The notes under the pieces were generated by a model that was given only the letters and a program-made list of their open reading frames with translations, had not been told where the DNA came from and ran no database searches. DNA of 64,000 nt, taken from Diplonema japonicum (lineage: Eukaryota > Protista > Euglenozoa: Diplonemea). The position numbers and the translations under genes were made by a program. The stretch spans positions 310,001-374,000 of the forward strand of contig OZ025692.1 in assembly GCA_964019335.1 (NCBI GenBank), in the 5' to 3' direction. This document shows, piece after piece, positions 24,797 to 35,970 of the stretch (positions are counted from its first letter, which is position 1; every line of letters starts with the position of its first letter).

Positions 24797-26039
24797 CTAC
24801 AAATCGTTGTTCCACACCCATGAAGCGTAGTGCTCTTTAATGGGTGGTTGTGTCAGGCACCGCGGGTCTACAGGTGGGGTTTCGTTGTTGTCGGGGTCCG
24901 ACAGCCACGGAGGCACGGTGTAGACTCCTGTTATCTCGGCCGTTGCCTTCCATGTTGCCAAGGCCTGTCGCTTCTTTCTGTCTTGCTTGTTCAACTCCTG
25001 CTGGCTTTTCCGTATCTTATCCTTGATTTGAATGAGCGATTCTGTGCGTGCGGCTTTTTTTTGGAACTTCATGTTCGCTCGTTCGCGGCGTACGTCTTCC
25101 AGCCTCTTTGTTTTCTCCACATGTTCCTGTACAGCCAGGTTCTTGAGCATAGTTTCCCCTGCGCGGTCAATGAGTAGTTCCGCACGCTCCGCGAGCAACC
25201 GGTCAAGTTTTTTCTCGGCGAGGCTTTGTTTTTCCAACAGTAAAATCTGCCGGTTTCGCGTTTCAGTTGCGGTTTTGATTTGTTTGTTGCAGATGTCTGC
25301 TTTCTTCGCCTCGGCTTTCACGCTGCGCTCGTTGGCTTCGTTTTCCCTGCGTTCTAGAAGCCGTGCCTGTGACTCTTCTATGATCTTCTCCTTCTGCTGC
25401 CGTTTCACCTTGCTTTCCTCCAAAGCTTTTTGGGACGACACCCGAACAGCTTCCAGTCGTTCTTCAGATCTGGCTGCTTTTTGTTTTGCGTTTACCTTCA
25501 TGTTCTCGTTCATCACTGCCCTGCGCTGCATCACAACTTCTTCCTTTTTCCTTACTGTTTCTTGTGCAGTGGTTTTCATCTCTTGCAGCTTCAGTTGGTC
25601 CCGCACGGTTTTCTCGATGATTTTAGTCTTCGCCGCCTTAAGCTTCTGCGCCTTCTCATTTTGGTTCTGCTCCCTCTTCTTCAGCGCTTCCGCAGCGGGG
25701 TCTCCGTGCTTGTTCAGCTCCTTCTCAGCGGCGGTTTGCAGTTCCTTAAACATGGCAACGCACTGAAACAACCTTTCCTTCCGTTGCTGCTTCCATTGAT
25801 CGAGCCGTTTCTGTTGGTACTTCTGTTTTGGGTATTAGGTAAGGTTCACACATCCATACTTTACAGCCCGCCAGCTCTTCAGGGGGGCGTGACATGAACT
25901 GGTTAGGGACATACCCCGCAGCACGTATCGCCTCCAGCGACCGTGGGCTTGTGATGGGCTCGTGACCGTCGGAGTTGAACAGCGATGTTGTGGAGTGGTC
26001 GCGATCGCCCTGCAAACCTTGGATGAATGGGGCAAGCAT
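24797..26039 (-). CDS. Coiled-coil protein (exons 25860-26039, 24797-25822)
   Basis: The 37-nt intron 25823-25859 joins the ITSPRSLEAIRAAG N-terminal exon to a long K/E/R-rich helical ORF. Confidence 0.75.
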
Positions 26040-26122
26040 TTTGAAGCCCAACACATGCTGTGGAGGCGTTTCTTTCGAAAATAGAAAGCGAGGGAAGGGG
26101 GGGGGGAAAGGAAACGAAAACA

Positions 26123-27331
26123 CTAATCATAAAGCACCTTGAGAAGGTCATAGCACGCCGCCAGCGGATGGTACAAGTCGCGCACGTTGTACCCCACACA
26201 CAGACGGGTGTTGTCCTTCGTCAGACGGCTGAGCCACGTGGACCCTTTTATGAAGTGTTTTTCGGAGTATGTCCAGATCTTCGAAGCTGTCGGTCCGAAC
26301 TCTTCCTTGTAAGCAGGGTAGCTGGCGAGGAGTCGAGCTGCGGCGAGCCCTTCCGCGAGTGGCCACATGAACTTTCCATCGTTCATAGGTTCCAATGCTT
26401 TTTCCGGCGAGAGGCAGTAGTACAGTCCGCCGTCTGCTTCGTCCCAGCCATGCTTCATGACATCGCGCATCATAACTGCCGCTCGCTCGACGTACCACCC
26501 TTCCTCCCCCTCCACCAAGGCAAGGAGCAGGAGCAGCTTGGCCCATTCAGCCACGTGCCCGGGAAGGTATCCCCAAGGGCGGTACTCCTTGATCCCCATT
26601 TTTGTGGGATCGGCATCGTCGTTGGTCCACTCCTCGAGGTCTGTCCTGTTGTAGTCCCAGTCGTGGTTCCACTCGGACGTGTAGTGTTCCCACACCATAT
26701 TGCAGCCCGCCCTGTCGGGGAGGTCTTTGCACAGCTTTGTCGCTATCAAAGAAGCTTTTTGCAGGTACAGCTTGGTGCCAGTTGCTTTGTACGCGGAGAT
26801 AAGCGCCTCGCACAGGTGCATGACACCATTCTGGCCTCTGTAGGGGTCCGTTGTGGACCAGTCTTCAGAGGTGAGGTCGGAGTACGCGTTTTCGTCTTCT
26901 TTCCAATACTTAGCTTCGATGAGGTCCCAAATGGCTGTGACATCTGCTGGCGGGACGATGCCTGCCTTGCAAGCCTGGCTCGTGGCGAGGAGGACGAAGG
27001 CGTGGCCGTACAGAAGCTTCTCGCGCATTGGGACCTCGCCCGTTACCACATCGATTTCCCAGTAGTACCCGCCGTGTTTCTTGTCCGCAAGGTTGTCGAG
27101 CATCGCCAGGCCATGCTGCACACCCTTCACGCAGGCCTCGTCTTTCAGAACCTCGGCGCCCACAGCAAGACAGAAGACACCCCGGCACGTGTTCACAAGC
27201 GTTTTCTTAGCATGGTTGTGAGAAGGATCATCCGTGATCTCATAGTACCCCCCAAGCTTGGTGTCAGGGGTGTTGGCAAGCCTCCAGGACATCAGGTCCG
27301 AGAGGTGTGTGTGTAATGTGTCTTTGTCCAT
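26123..27331 (-). CDS. AGE-family sugar epimerase/isomerase (YihS / D-mannose isomerase-like)
   Basis: YGHAFVLLA, YRGQNGVMHLCEA, RPWGYLPGHVAEWAKLLL and DLYHPLAAC motifs with catalytic His residues; intronless. Confidence 0.9.
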   Translation of the reverse strand: MDKDTLHTHLSDLMSWRLANTPDTKLGGYYEITDDPSHNHAKKTLVNTCRGVFCLAVGAEVLKDEACVKGVQHGLAMLDNLADKKHGGYYWEIDVVTGEVPMREKLLYGHAFVLLATSQACKAGIVPPADVTAIWDLIEAKYWKEDENAYSDLTSEDWSTTDPYRGQNGVMHLCEALISAYKATGTKLYLQKASLIATKLCKDLPDRAGCNMVWEHYTSEWNHDWDYNRTDLEEWTNDDADPTKMGIKEYRPWGYLPGHVAEWAKLLLLLALVEGEEGWYVERAAVMMRDVMKHGWDEADGGLYYCLSPEKALEPMNDGKFMWPLAEGLAAARLLASYPAYKEEFGPTASKIWTYSEKHFIKGSTWLSRLTKDNTRLCVGYNVRDLYHPLAACYDLLKVLYD

Positions 27332-27552
27332 TTTTTTTCTCCTTTTTTTTTTTTTTTTTTAATCCCTCCCTTCTTGGGAAGCGTCTCAGGGAGGGGGAGG
27401 AAAAAAAATATATATGAGTGAGAGGAGGAAGTCTTTGTGAGACGCCCCCTTGTTCTCATCCTCTACCTGCACCTATCCCCTTTCAGCAGCGGTTTCTCCT
27501 CCTTTGGTGGTCTTGCCGGCCTTCTCTAAAAAAAGAAAGAAAAAAAGAAAAA

Positions 27553-28938
27553 CTACAACCAACCCTCGATATCAGGTGGATTCGTAGCAAGGGAGGCGTC
27601 AGAGTCGGCGGGCGTGGATGGGTCATTCACGACGCCACCCCAGGAAAGGTTTGGATCGGTCTTCGCTTTGTGAAAAGCAGTGCGAAACGTCTCGCTGTAA
27701 GTAGATTTCTGCATAGTCCGGATCCTGGGGAAGTTCTCACGAAAAGAAGAGTGGGTGAGGTGCACGGAGAAAGAATCTCGGAGGCGCTCGGATCGCGTGA
27801 CATCTCCAACCTTAGCATAGCACTGCATGAGACGCGCAAAGCAAGCTTGCGTCGTGTTATAAGGCGGTTCTTTAAGAAGATCCCTTTCGAGGATCTCAAG
27901 CAGGTATCCCTCGGCTGCATCCAGTGCCTCTGGTGACTCAGCACAGAGGTCGATTTGAGATGCGATGAGAGCGGTTAAACAGTTTCGTGTGGGCATAACC
28001 GATGGGAACTTACATCGCAAGTCGTTCGTCAACTGCCTTGCTTCGACACCCATTCCATTCTTGGAACAAATTGCAGCAATGATACCTAATGTGTCGGGGT
28101 CGATCGAGAGCTCGTAAGTATTCATCATTTTAAGGGTTTCTTGGATGTTCCCCATTAGAATCTTGCTGGAATTATCACGAGTGTCGCGTTGACGAGTCAT
28201 CGTGAGTAAGAGACTGTTTGCGACCTTTGAGGTGAAGGGATAACCTGCGTCAAGATAGGCGTGATGGATTTTTTGGGCTGTTGAGAAGTCTCTGCAGTAC
28301 GAGATGTAAACGTTGAAGGCGGCGCCTGTCACCATTTTGTTCCGCAGGCATTTTTCATAACTTTTCCATGCTTCCCGTTCGCACCCCATTGCTTGCAGTG
28401 CTATGTAGATGGAAGCTGCCGTATGCGGGCACGTGACGAGATCTTGATTGACGCTGGAGAGTATTTTCCGTATTTTCGCTGACGGGAGGATGGTTTCAGA
28501 TAGCTTATGAGTTGCACGCAGTGCCAATGAGAGTGGTTTGTCCGGGAGGCGCTCCCCCTTGAGGACGTCCATTAAGCGGAGGGCAGTGTCTATTAATAGA
28601 AGCCGTGCTGCGTCTGAGTCTTCGTCCCAGCAGCTTTCCATCAGTGCGATGTGGCTTTCTTCTTTCACGATGTGAAATGCTGCCAAGGATGTTTTGAGGA
28701 CTCTTATGCCTGTCCCTACGGGTTCGCCGCTGATCACCCCTGCTACGTCGTGGTCTTTGAGGACTCCTCGGCTCCGTCTCGTGGCGTCGGCGAAGCATGT
28801 CAGCTTGTCCGGTGCGCCCTGCAAGCCGCATAGTGCTTTGAACCCGATTCTTCCCTTGTCGAATTGTTCCAGGCCTGTTTCGTACGGGGTGCTAGGCGGC
28901 CCAGAGCGCGTTAGAATAACGCGGCATCTTCGGTGCAT
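27553..28938 (-). CDS. Helical-repeat (PPR-like) protein, possibly mitochondrial
   Basis: Arg-rich N-terminus MHRRCRVILTRS; PPR-like segments AFNVYISYC, PTRNCLTALI and CFARLMQCYAKVGD. Confidence 0.6.
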   Translation of the reverse strand: MHRRCRVILTRSGPPSTPYETGLEQFDKGRIGFKALCGLQGAPDKLTCFADATRRSRGVLKDHDVAGVISGEPVGTGIRVLKTSLAAFHIVKEESHIALMESCWDEDSDAARLLLIDTALRLMDVLKGERLPDKPLSLALRATHKLSETILPSAKIRKILSSVNQDLVTCPHTAASIYIALQAMGCEREAWKSYEKCLRNKMVTGAAFNVYISYCRDFSTAQKIHHAYLDAGYPFTSKVANSLLLTMTRQRDTRDNSSKILMGNIQETLKMMNTYELSIDPDTLGIIAAICSKNGMGVEARQLTNDLRCKFPSVMPTRNCLTALIASQIDLCAESPEALDAAEGYLLEILERDLLKEPPYNTTQACFARLMQCYAKVGDVTRSERLRDSFSVHLTHSSFRENFPRIRTMQKSTYSETFRTAFHKAKTDPNLSWGGVVNDPSTPADSDASLATNPPDIEGWL

Positions 28939-29174
28939 TCTGTGGGGGAAATGGAACAATTTTTTGCTTCTCCTTTCCGTAAAAAAAAAAAAAATAAATA
29001 AATAAATAAAACAAAATAAAATAAAAAAATCGAATAACACAAAAAAAAAAAAAAAAAAAAAAAAAAAGGTGGGAAATACACGCAACTAAACAGAGGAGGG
29101 TGTGCAAACAATCCGGAAAGGTTAGGGGGGGGGAGGGGGGAAGGAACTGAAAAGAACAAAAGAAAAAGAAAACA

Positions 29175-30146
29175 TTAAGGCGTGGATGGAGCCTGCCACG
29201 GATTTTCAGCGTCAAGCTGATCGGTCCATTGCAGGAGGGCAGCGACCTCAGCCTCGGGGGGCATGAGAGACGACGAAGGTGGAGAGTTGATTTCACGAAC
29301 CTGCGTGGCCATCGTGTGGGAGAACCGGAGGATGGCATCGTCCTCATCGATATGATTACGGTGGGACGGCTGGTTCTTCATTGGAGGCGGGGTAGTGGGA
29401 CGGGGGACAGCACCCACAGGTGACAGGATGTTGCCTTCAACAGGTCCGGGAACCACAAGGTTCGGATCTAGTCTTATCGGCACTTGAACTCGTTGTTGCT
29501 TTGTATTATTCTCTACTTGCTCAAATGGTATCTTGTCCCTGTCCCGCGCTTTCATCAAGACGGCTATGGTGTTTGTGTTCAAAACAGTCTCTTGCTGGTG
29601 GCCTTTGACGGGGCTTTCCTTTTTGTGAACAATCGGTTCGTCAGCGAGATTTTTCACGACAGTATTTTGAGGTTCTTCGTGTAGTCGCCCTGTTCCACTA
29701 CAGTACCTTGTGTCCGGTGCAGGACAGTGGGGACACGGGGGGTTCTCCAAAACGGAGGTAGTCTCGCTGGGCTTGTTGGTATAAAGGCTCAACATGGAGT
29801 TGATGTGTTTTCGCCGAGATTCGATGGTGCCTTTTGCAGGCGCTCCTCCGGCTGTCTTCTTTCTCGCCCCAGGTCTGGGCTTTTGCAGTTTTTTTCTCTG
29901 CCACACCTCTACATCTGTTAAAACACTTCGACTGGAAGACGCTAGGGTGGAGCCCCTGGGTGATGGTGGTGGGTGCCGGGCGGTGGCTACCGATAGCTGT
30001 GGGTTTTTTTTTCTTCTTTTTTTTTTTCTTTTTTCCCATACTATGGATCCTTGGCTCCCTCTGCTCCCCGGTCTCCGTTTTTGCTCGCTTTTATATAACT
30101 GTATCACCTTTGCCAATTTGTATTCCTGCCATGCCCCTACATACAT
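29175..30146 (-). CDS. Hypothetical protein (probable intron 29997-30041)
   Basis: Begins MYVGAWQEYKL, ends ALLQWTDQLD, and carries a CPHC...RYC motif. Contains an in-frame A-rich GTATGG...CAG segment. Confidence 0.7.
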   Translation of the reverse strand: MYVGAWQEYKLAKVIQLYKSEQKRRPGSRGSQGSIVWEKRKKKRRKKNPQLSVATARHPPPSPRGSTLASSSRSVLTDVEVWQRKKLQKPRPGARKKTAGGAPAKGTIESRRKHINSMLSLYTNKPSETTSVLENPPCPHCPAPDTRYCSGTGRLHEEPQNTVVKNLADEPIVHKKESPVKGHQQETVLNTNTIAVLMKARDRDKIPFEQVENNTKQQRVQVPIRLDPNLVVPGPVEGNILSPVGAVPRPTTPPPMKNQPSHRNHIDEDDAILRFSHTMATQVREINSPPSSSLMPPEAEVAALLQWTDQLDAENPWQAPSTP

Positions 30147-30246
30147 GTATTTTTTTTTTTTTTTTTAAACTGCCCCCGTCTTCCTGGGGGGATTTTTTGC
30201 TTTTTTTTTTATTTTTTTTTCTTCACGGGAGATCTTTTCTAGATGC

Positions 30247-30286
<40 letters not shown>

Positions 30287-31442
30287 AAGGAAGAAGAAGA
30301 AGAAAAAAAAGGAAATAAAAAAAGAAAAAAAAAAAAAAACAGAAATAAAAAAAAAAAGGAAAGGAAATTTTTTTTGTGTGTGAGACATCAGAGAGGGGTG
30401 GAAAAAAAAATTGTGGGGGTGAGTGTGGTTTACGGAGTAATGAAAATGAAATGTAAAAGAAAAAAGAGTAAAATATAAAGAGAGCGGAGAATGGGGAGGG
30501 GAGGGGCAAAAAAGGACTTTTTTTCTTAATTCCCCCCCCTCCCTTCCCCTCTTTGCTTTATTTTCCCTCTTTTTTTCCCTTGCTCCTTCAGGGAGGAGGG
30601 TGGAAATAAAAGGATCATTTCTTCTTTTTTTTCTAAACAGAGGTGACGAAAACATCTACAGCCTCCTATTTCCCCCCTCTCCCTTTTTTTTTTTTTTTTT
30701 TTCATCTTCAAATTTTCTTAGGGGTTCCACCATAAAAAGGGGAGGGTGGAGAAAAGGCTTTTAATGGAATTTTCCATGAACAGAAGGAAAGTAGAACAAA
30801 AAAGAAAGAGGGGAAAAAAAAAATACAAAAAAAAAAAAATACAAGAGAGAAGGGGCAAACCATCTTTTTGTTTCTTCCCCCCACTCCTTATTTATTTTTT
30901 TTTTTTGTTAAATGCTCTTTACTTCTTGATTTCATTTCACTTTTTTTTTTTTTTTTTTTTTTTTTTTTGAATTCTGTTTTTTCTTTCATCTTCCCCGCAT
31001 ACTCCCGCTAAGGGTATTTTCTTTTTTTTTTTTTTTTTTTAAATAGATTTTTTAATAAAGGGGAGGCAGGGAAAAGTGGGGGCTTCGAACTAAGGAATAG
31101 TAAACACTAAGATGTAAGAAAACGGGAAGGGGGAAGAAGTGGGATAGGGGGTATGTTTCCTTTCTTCTTCTTTTATAGCTTCAAATCACTGGAATGCTCA
31201 GAGGATTCCTCCATAAAAAAGAAGAACCGTGCTTTTGTTGATTTTCTTTTTTTTGATCAAATTCCAAATCTAAAGGCGCACACTTAAGAGATATGAGACG
31301 ATATTTTAATAAAGTTTTTTGTTGGGAGAGGCCCCCCCCACACCATTTTTAGTCGCGGGACATATCACGCCTTTTTTTTTTTTTTTTTTTTTTTTGCGAA
31401 AATAGTGTTTTCAATTAACCCCTCCCTTTTTTTGCAGCATTC

Positions 31443-31478
<36 letters not shown>

Positions 31479-32006
31479 ACCAAAAAAAAGAGGAAAAAAA
31501 ACCACTCCTTATAACGAAATTACGGATTTTCTTTTCAACAAAAAAAAAGAGAAAAAAAAAACCTTTTTCTTTTTAAAGTTTCCGAAGTAAAAGTCTCGCA
31601 CATAGGGGGAGAGAGGGGGGGGGGGGGATGGGGATGAAAAAGGTTATGTGGCGTGAGTGTCTGGGTAAATAAAAGGAGGAGAGAGAGAGAGAGACTGGTG
31701 AGAGACGCCGGGGAGAGGGTTGCGCACTTCTTCTTCTTTTTTTTTTCTTTTTGAATTTCTCTCACCGCCCTCTACTATCTCTTCCCTTGTCAATGAGGAT
31801 GTGTCAAATAAAAAAAAAAACAAATAAAGGCACCCACAGGGAAGAAAAAAAAAAGAAAAAAAAATACATTGACTATTTTGATTCTACCTTAGAGTCTTAA
31901 AAAAAAAAAAAAACTGGGAATGAAAAAAAAAAAAAGAAAAAAAAAATTGATGTGATCTGATTATCTGACTTGCTTATAAAAAATTCAATTCTCTTTCCAC
32001 TATATC

Positions 32007-33980
32007 TCAGTTCCAGCCGCCCCTACCCTTACCTCCCTTGAAGCCACCGCCCTTGCCGCCTTTCCCCTTTCCATTGCCGTTTCCGTTGCCGAAGCTGTCG
32101 AAGCCACCTCCGTTGAAGTTGTTCTTGCCACCCTTCCCACCCTTGCCGCCTTTTCCACCACCACCGCCGCTACCGTTGGGGCGGCCTTCAATGCGGAGGC
32201 CTGGGGTGTCCTTGAGGTTCATCTTACCAACAGTCTTGGGCTGCAGGTAAGGGATCTCCCTAAGGTGGCAGCATTCTGTGATCCAGTGGTTGCCCTGACG
32301 CACAAGCTCTTCTCTCGACCACCCGAGCTTACGGAGGTTCGAGTTGTAGAATCCAAGCCATGCTTGGTAAGCAGCACACATGGTGGCGTGCGGCACACGT
32401 GACAGCCCGCTGTCCACCTTGCTCTGATGCTCTGCAAGCATGGCAGGGTTTGTCCGGGGTCTCTCCTCAACAGACTGGTCCTTCAGCTGGTTCAGGAAAG
32501 TCCTCTCGAAGTCGCATAGGAGCAACACACCGTTTCCGTTCTTCCCTGCCCTCGCTGTCCTCCCCAGCCTGTGGGTGTACTGTGCCTTGTCAGCAGGCAG
32601 CCCTACCTGAACCACCTTCGACACATCGGGGTAGTCCATCCCCCTCGCCGTCACGTCTGATGTGAACATGATGACCCTTGTGTTGTCACGGAACTTTGCT
32701 GACGTTGCCGTCCTGACAGGCTGTGTCTTCCTGGAGTGCATCTCGAGCACACGGTAGCCGATCTTGTTGAAGAGCTCTGCGAAGGCCTGCGTCAGCCTCG
32801 CCGTTGTGAAGAAAACGAGCATCTTGTACTCGCTGTCCTCTGCGATACCTTCGTCGAGGACCGCCACGAGCTCCGCAAACTGCGTGTCGACGCTGTGCAC
32901 GGTGCAGGACTGCGGGACGTGCACGTGGGTGTCGGCGTCCTTCCCGACGCAGTCGATGTGCTGGAACTGTTCCCGCAGTGCGAACCTCGCAATGTTCATA
33001 ACGTCGCCGGGCATGGTGGCCGAGAAGAGCATCGTCTGCCTGGTGTCCTTCGGGGGCAGCATGTTGAGCATCCTGGTGATGTCGGGGCGGAACCCCATCT
33101 CAAGCAGCTGGTCGGCCTCATCGAAGATAAGACACCTCAACGTGGACGTCATGGCGGCAAGCCCGTTGTTCTCAAGATGGTCATTGAGCCTGCCCGGCGT
33201 GCCGACCAAGATGGAGGGCACCTGACGTCTGAAAGCAGAATTGTCGGCCCTAATAGGAGTGCCACCAAAGACACACATGAGGCTGTGGGTGTTGAAGGTG
33301 TTCAGCTGCTTGGCTTCATCGGAGATCTGCTGAGCGAGCTCGCGGGTGGGGGACACCACGAGCACGCCGACCTTCCCACGCTGCACAGGGTACTCCATGG
33401 CAGGGATGAGGAAGGCAAGGGTTTTGCCTGTACCAGTTTTGGCCTTAGCGAGGACATCGTGGCGGGTAAGGGACACCTTGATGGTCATGGCCTGCACTCG
33501 GGTCATGTGCTCGTAGCAGAAGACCTCCTGCATGGCCCTCTTGGCGCTGGGCGAGATAGGAAGATCGGCGAACCGGTCCGTTGTCATCTGCGACATGGTG
33601 GTTGATGTTGTCCTGCTGTTAGGGTTTGCCCTCATAGGCGCAGTGTGCACAGGCTGTTGGTGTTGATGTTGGTGTTGGCCGTTCATGCCGTTCATTCCAT
33701 TGGTGTGGCCGTTCATTCCATTGGTATGGCCGTTCATTCCATTGGTGTGGTGGCCGTTGTGCCCGTTCTGGTTGTAATGGTTGTTGTGGCCGTTACTTTT
33801 CCCACCGCCTCTCCCGCCCACGAATGAGCTGTGCGCGGCGGGCGGCACCACGTTCAACTCATCCTGCTGGTACGGGAACTGCTGCTGCTGCTGCGAATAA
33901 CCACCCCTTCCCCCCCTTTTGCCTCCACCACCAAACCCTTGGGATTGCTGCTGCTGCCCTCTGCCGCGGCTGTACTGCAT
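32007..33980 (-). CDS. DEAD-box RNA helicase, Mss116/CYT-19-like
   Basis: Q motif, AKTGTGKT, SPTRELAQQ, DEAD, SAT and HRLGRTARAG, then an AYQAWLGFYNS C-terminal extension. G/K-rich tail and RGG/N/H-rich N-terminus. Confidence 0.95.
   Translation of the reverse strand: MQYSRGRGQQQQSQGFGGGGKRGGRGGYSQQQQQFPYQQDELNVVPPAAHSSFVGGRGGGKSNGHNNHYNQNGHNGHHTNGMNGHTNGMNGHTNGMNGMNGQHQHQHQQPVHTAPMRANPNSRTTSTTMSQMTTDRFADLPISPSAKRAMQEVFCYEHMTRVQAMTIKVSLTRHDVLAKAKTGTGKTLAFLIPAMEYPVQRGKVGVLVVSPTRELAQQISDEAKQLNTFNTHSLMCVFGGTPIRADNSAFRRQVPSILVGTPGRLNDHLENNGLAAMTSTLRCLIFDEADQLLEMGFRPDITRMLNMLPPKDTRQTMLFSATMPGDVMNIARFALREQFQHIDCVGKDADTHVHVPQSCTVHSVDTQFAELVAVLDEGIAEDSEYKMLVFFTTARLTQAFAELFNKIGYRVLEMHSRKTQPVRTATSAKFRDNTRVIMFTSDVTARGMDYPDVSKVVQVGLPADKAQYTHRLGRTARAGKNGNGVLLLCDFERTFLNQLKDQSVEERPRTNPAMLAEHQSKVDSGLSRVPHATMCAAYQAWLGFYNSNLRKLGWSREELVRQGNHWITECCHLREIPYLQPKTVGKMNLKDTPGLRIEGRPNGSGGGGGKGGKGGKGGKNNFNGGGFDSFGNGNGNGKGKGGKGGGFKGGKGRGGWN
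33676..33760 (-). repeat. 21-bp coding tandem repeat (GHTNGMN) in the helicase N-terminus
   Basis: ccgttcattccattggt(a/g)tgg repeated about three times. Confidence 0.85.
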
Positions 33981-34490
33981 CTTTTTTTTTTTTTTTTTTT
34001 CCTCTTTTTTTTTTTTCCCTCCCTTGAAATCGCACCAAAAGATAAAAAATAAAAACTTCAAAAGAAAAATAAAGAATGGGGGGGAAAAAAAAGGGAAGGG
34101 AAGAAAAGAAAAAAAAAAGAAAAAGAGGGAAAAGGGAGGGGGAGAAAGAGAGAAAAAATCACTATGATGGGGGGGAGGAGAAGTGTTACGCAACAACCCA
34201 CAAAAAAAAGAAGAATTGGAGAAGGGGTGGGGGGGACAAAAGAGGCTACTAGGACTGGGAGAGAAAAAAAAGGGGGGGGGGACTTCTCTCACTGGTTTTG
34301 AATATAAGCTGGCAGCTAAAGGGCGACAATTCAAAGGATGCAAACCCATACAATACTATAGAAAAAAGGGCGGGGAAAGGAGAAAAATATCGGGGGTGGA
34401 AAAAAAAGAAGGAAACACGTTGCAGCAAATGCCAGGTTTGCGTAAGTACACAACGAGGAGGAGGGGGCAAACAAGGGGGGAAAAAAAAAA

Positions 34491-34992
34491 AAATAGCTAT
34501 TTACTGCCAACAAGTAATGACTTTACCGTTACCTCGAGGTTCCGAATTTTACCGTCGAGGGCCCGCAGGGCCCGAGATGGTAAAATGCGGAACCGAGAGG
34601 TCGGTAAAGCATTACTTGGCGGTAGGTAAGTGGTTTTATTTCACGACACTCAGAAATTACTTCACCACGAGGGGCACAACAGGGTGACAAGGGGTACAAC
34701 AAGAGAGGGGTTACAAAGGTTACAATACAAGTTGTTTTCCCTCCTTTGCTGGAGCCGAGGCAAAAGTTGGCCAATTGAGCTGAACCTGGGGGGAAATAGC
34801 AAACTGAGAGGAAAAAGTAGCCCCACTGGGAACCGAACCGAGGCAAAAATTGGCCTACCGCAGGCATATTATTTAACGGAAATCCCCTATTACTTCACGG
34901 AAAACAGGCCATTATTTCACCGTGAAGTAATGAGATTTAGCGTGAAGTAATGGGCCCCCCAGTGCGTGAAGTAACTTCTGAAGAGTGAAATA
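34491..34992 (+). mobile_element. Non-autonomous hairpin element, family 2, about 500 bp
   Basis: AAATA-GCTATTTAC start, hairpin 34500-34630 with GCA loop, inverted repeat 34634-34665 matching the end 34966-34995, CGTGAAGTAA repeats, GAGTG-AAATA end, poly-A on both sides. Confidence 0.75.
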
Positions 34993-35662
34993 AAAAAAAA
35001 AAAAAAAAAAAAAAGATTCTCTCACACCGCACAGTGCAGCACCAACGACTATAGTTTAATATGGACAACCAGGTAGCGGAGAGGAAAAAAAAAAAAAAAA
35101 AAAAAGGCAAATAAACAAACAAGAAATAAAAAAACCCTGCCTCTTCTATGCTGTAACAAAATTTTCTGATGATGGCACCATAAACATAGTCATCTCAAAT
35201 CAATTCTGAGGGGGGGAGGGGAGGGGAACACTGTTTTTTTTTTCATCCAACACAAAATAGCCCCACGTTGTTGCTTCAGAGGGTGGGTGGGGGGAGGAGG
35301 AGGGAGAAAGCCTTACAGAATGGCGGTACTGCTCAAAATGATTGCAGTTAGAACCAAGAGGGAAAAAAAAAAGGGGAGGAGGCAGTTCACTAGAAGGGGA
35401 AAAAAGGGGGGGGGGGGAAGTATATAGAACGTTGAGGGACAATCGGGTCCCTAAAGAAAAAAGAGGGGGGGGTGGGGGTGGGACTCATTCTTTCTTTTTT
35501 ATTCAATATCTTTTCCCATATGAAGTCGAAGGCCACCAAGTGCCAGCCTTATTGGGAAACCTAAGGGAAGGGTGTGAGTGAGGAGAGGGGGGGGGGAGGA
35601 TGCATTGCTGCTGCTTTGGTGGACGGGGCAAAGTTGTGATAAACTAATTCAAATCACGAATT

Positions 35663-35701
<39 letters not shown>

Positions 35702-35826
35702 ACTGGCCGTTGTTTGTACGTGCCGGGTAAAACCTGGAGAAGTTTGTCAACCCGAAACACGTTGCCAACGTTCCCCTTTTGTTTAGACAAGTCAAAGACT
35801 CGTTCTTGCAAAAAAACCAAATTCTT

Positions 35827-35970
35827 TTATGACTTATGTCTTTGTTGTTCGCACGAGTATCAAAAAAAAAGAATAAAGAAAGAAAAAAAAAGAAATTTAG
35901 AAAAAAGCTTCAATTTCTTTTTTTTTTCTTTTTTTTTTTTTTTTTGCTCGGCACAAGTTGCATAAAATCA
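35827..35970. repeat. Second copy of the degenerate hairpin repeat (see 560-655), centre expanded by A/T runs
   Basis: ttatgacttatgtctttgttgttcgcacgag ... tttttgctcggcacaagttgcata. Confidence 0.7.

Noticed and set aside
26060-27316. 418-aa plus-strand ORF
   Set aside because: Antisense to the AGE gene, which carries the conserved motifs; GC3 bias explains the lack of stops.
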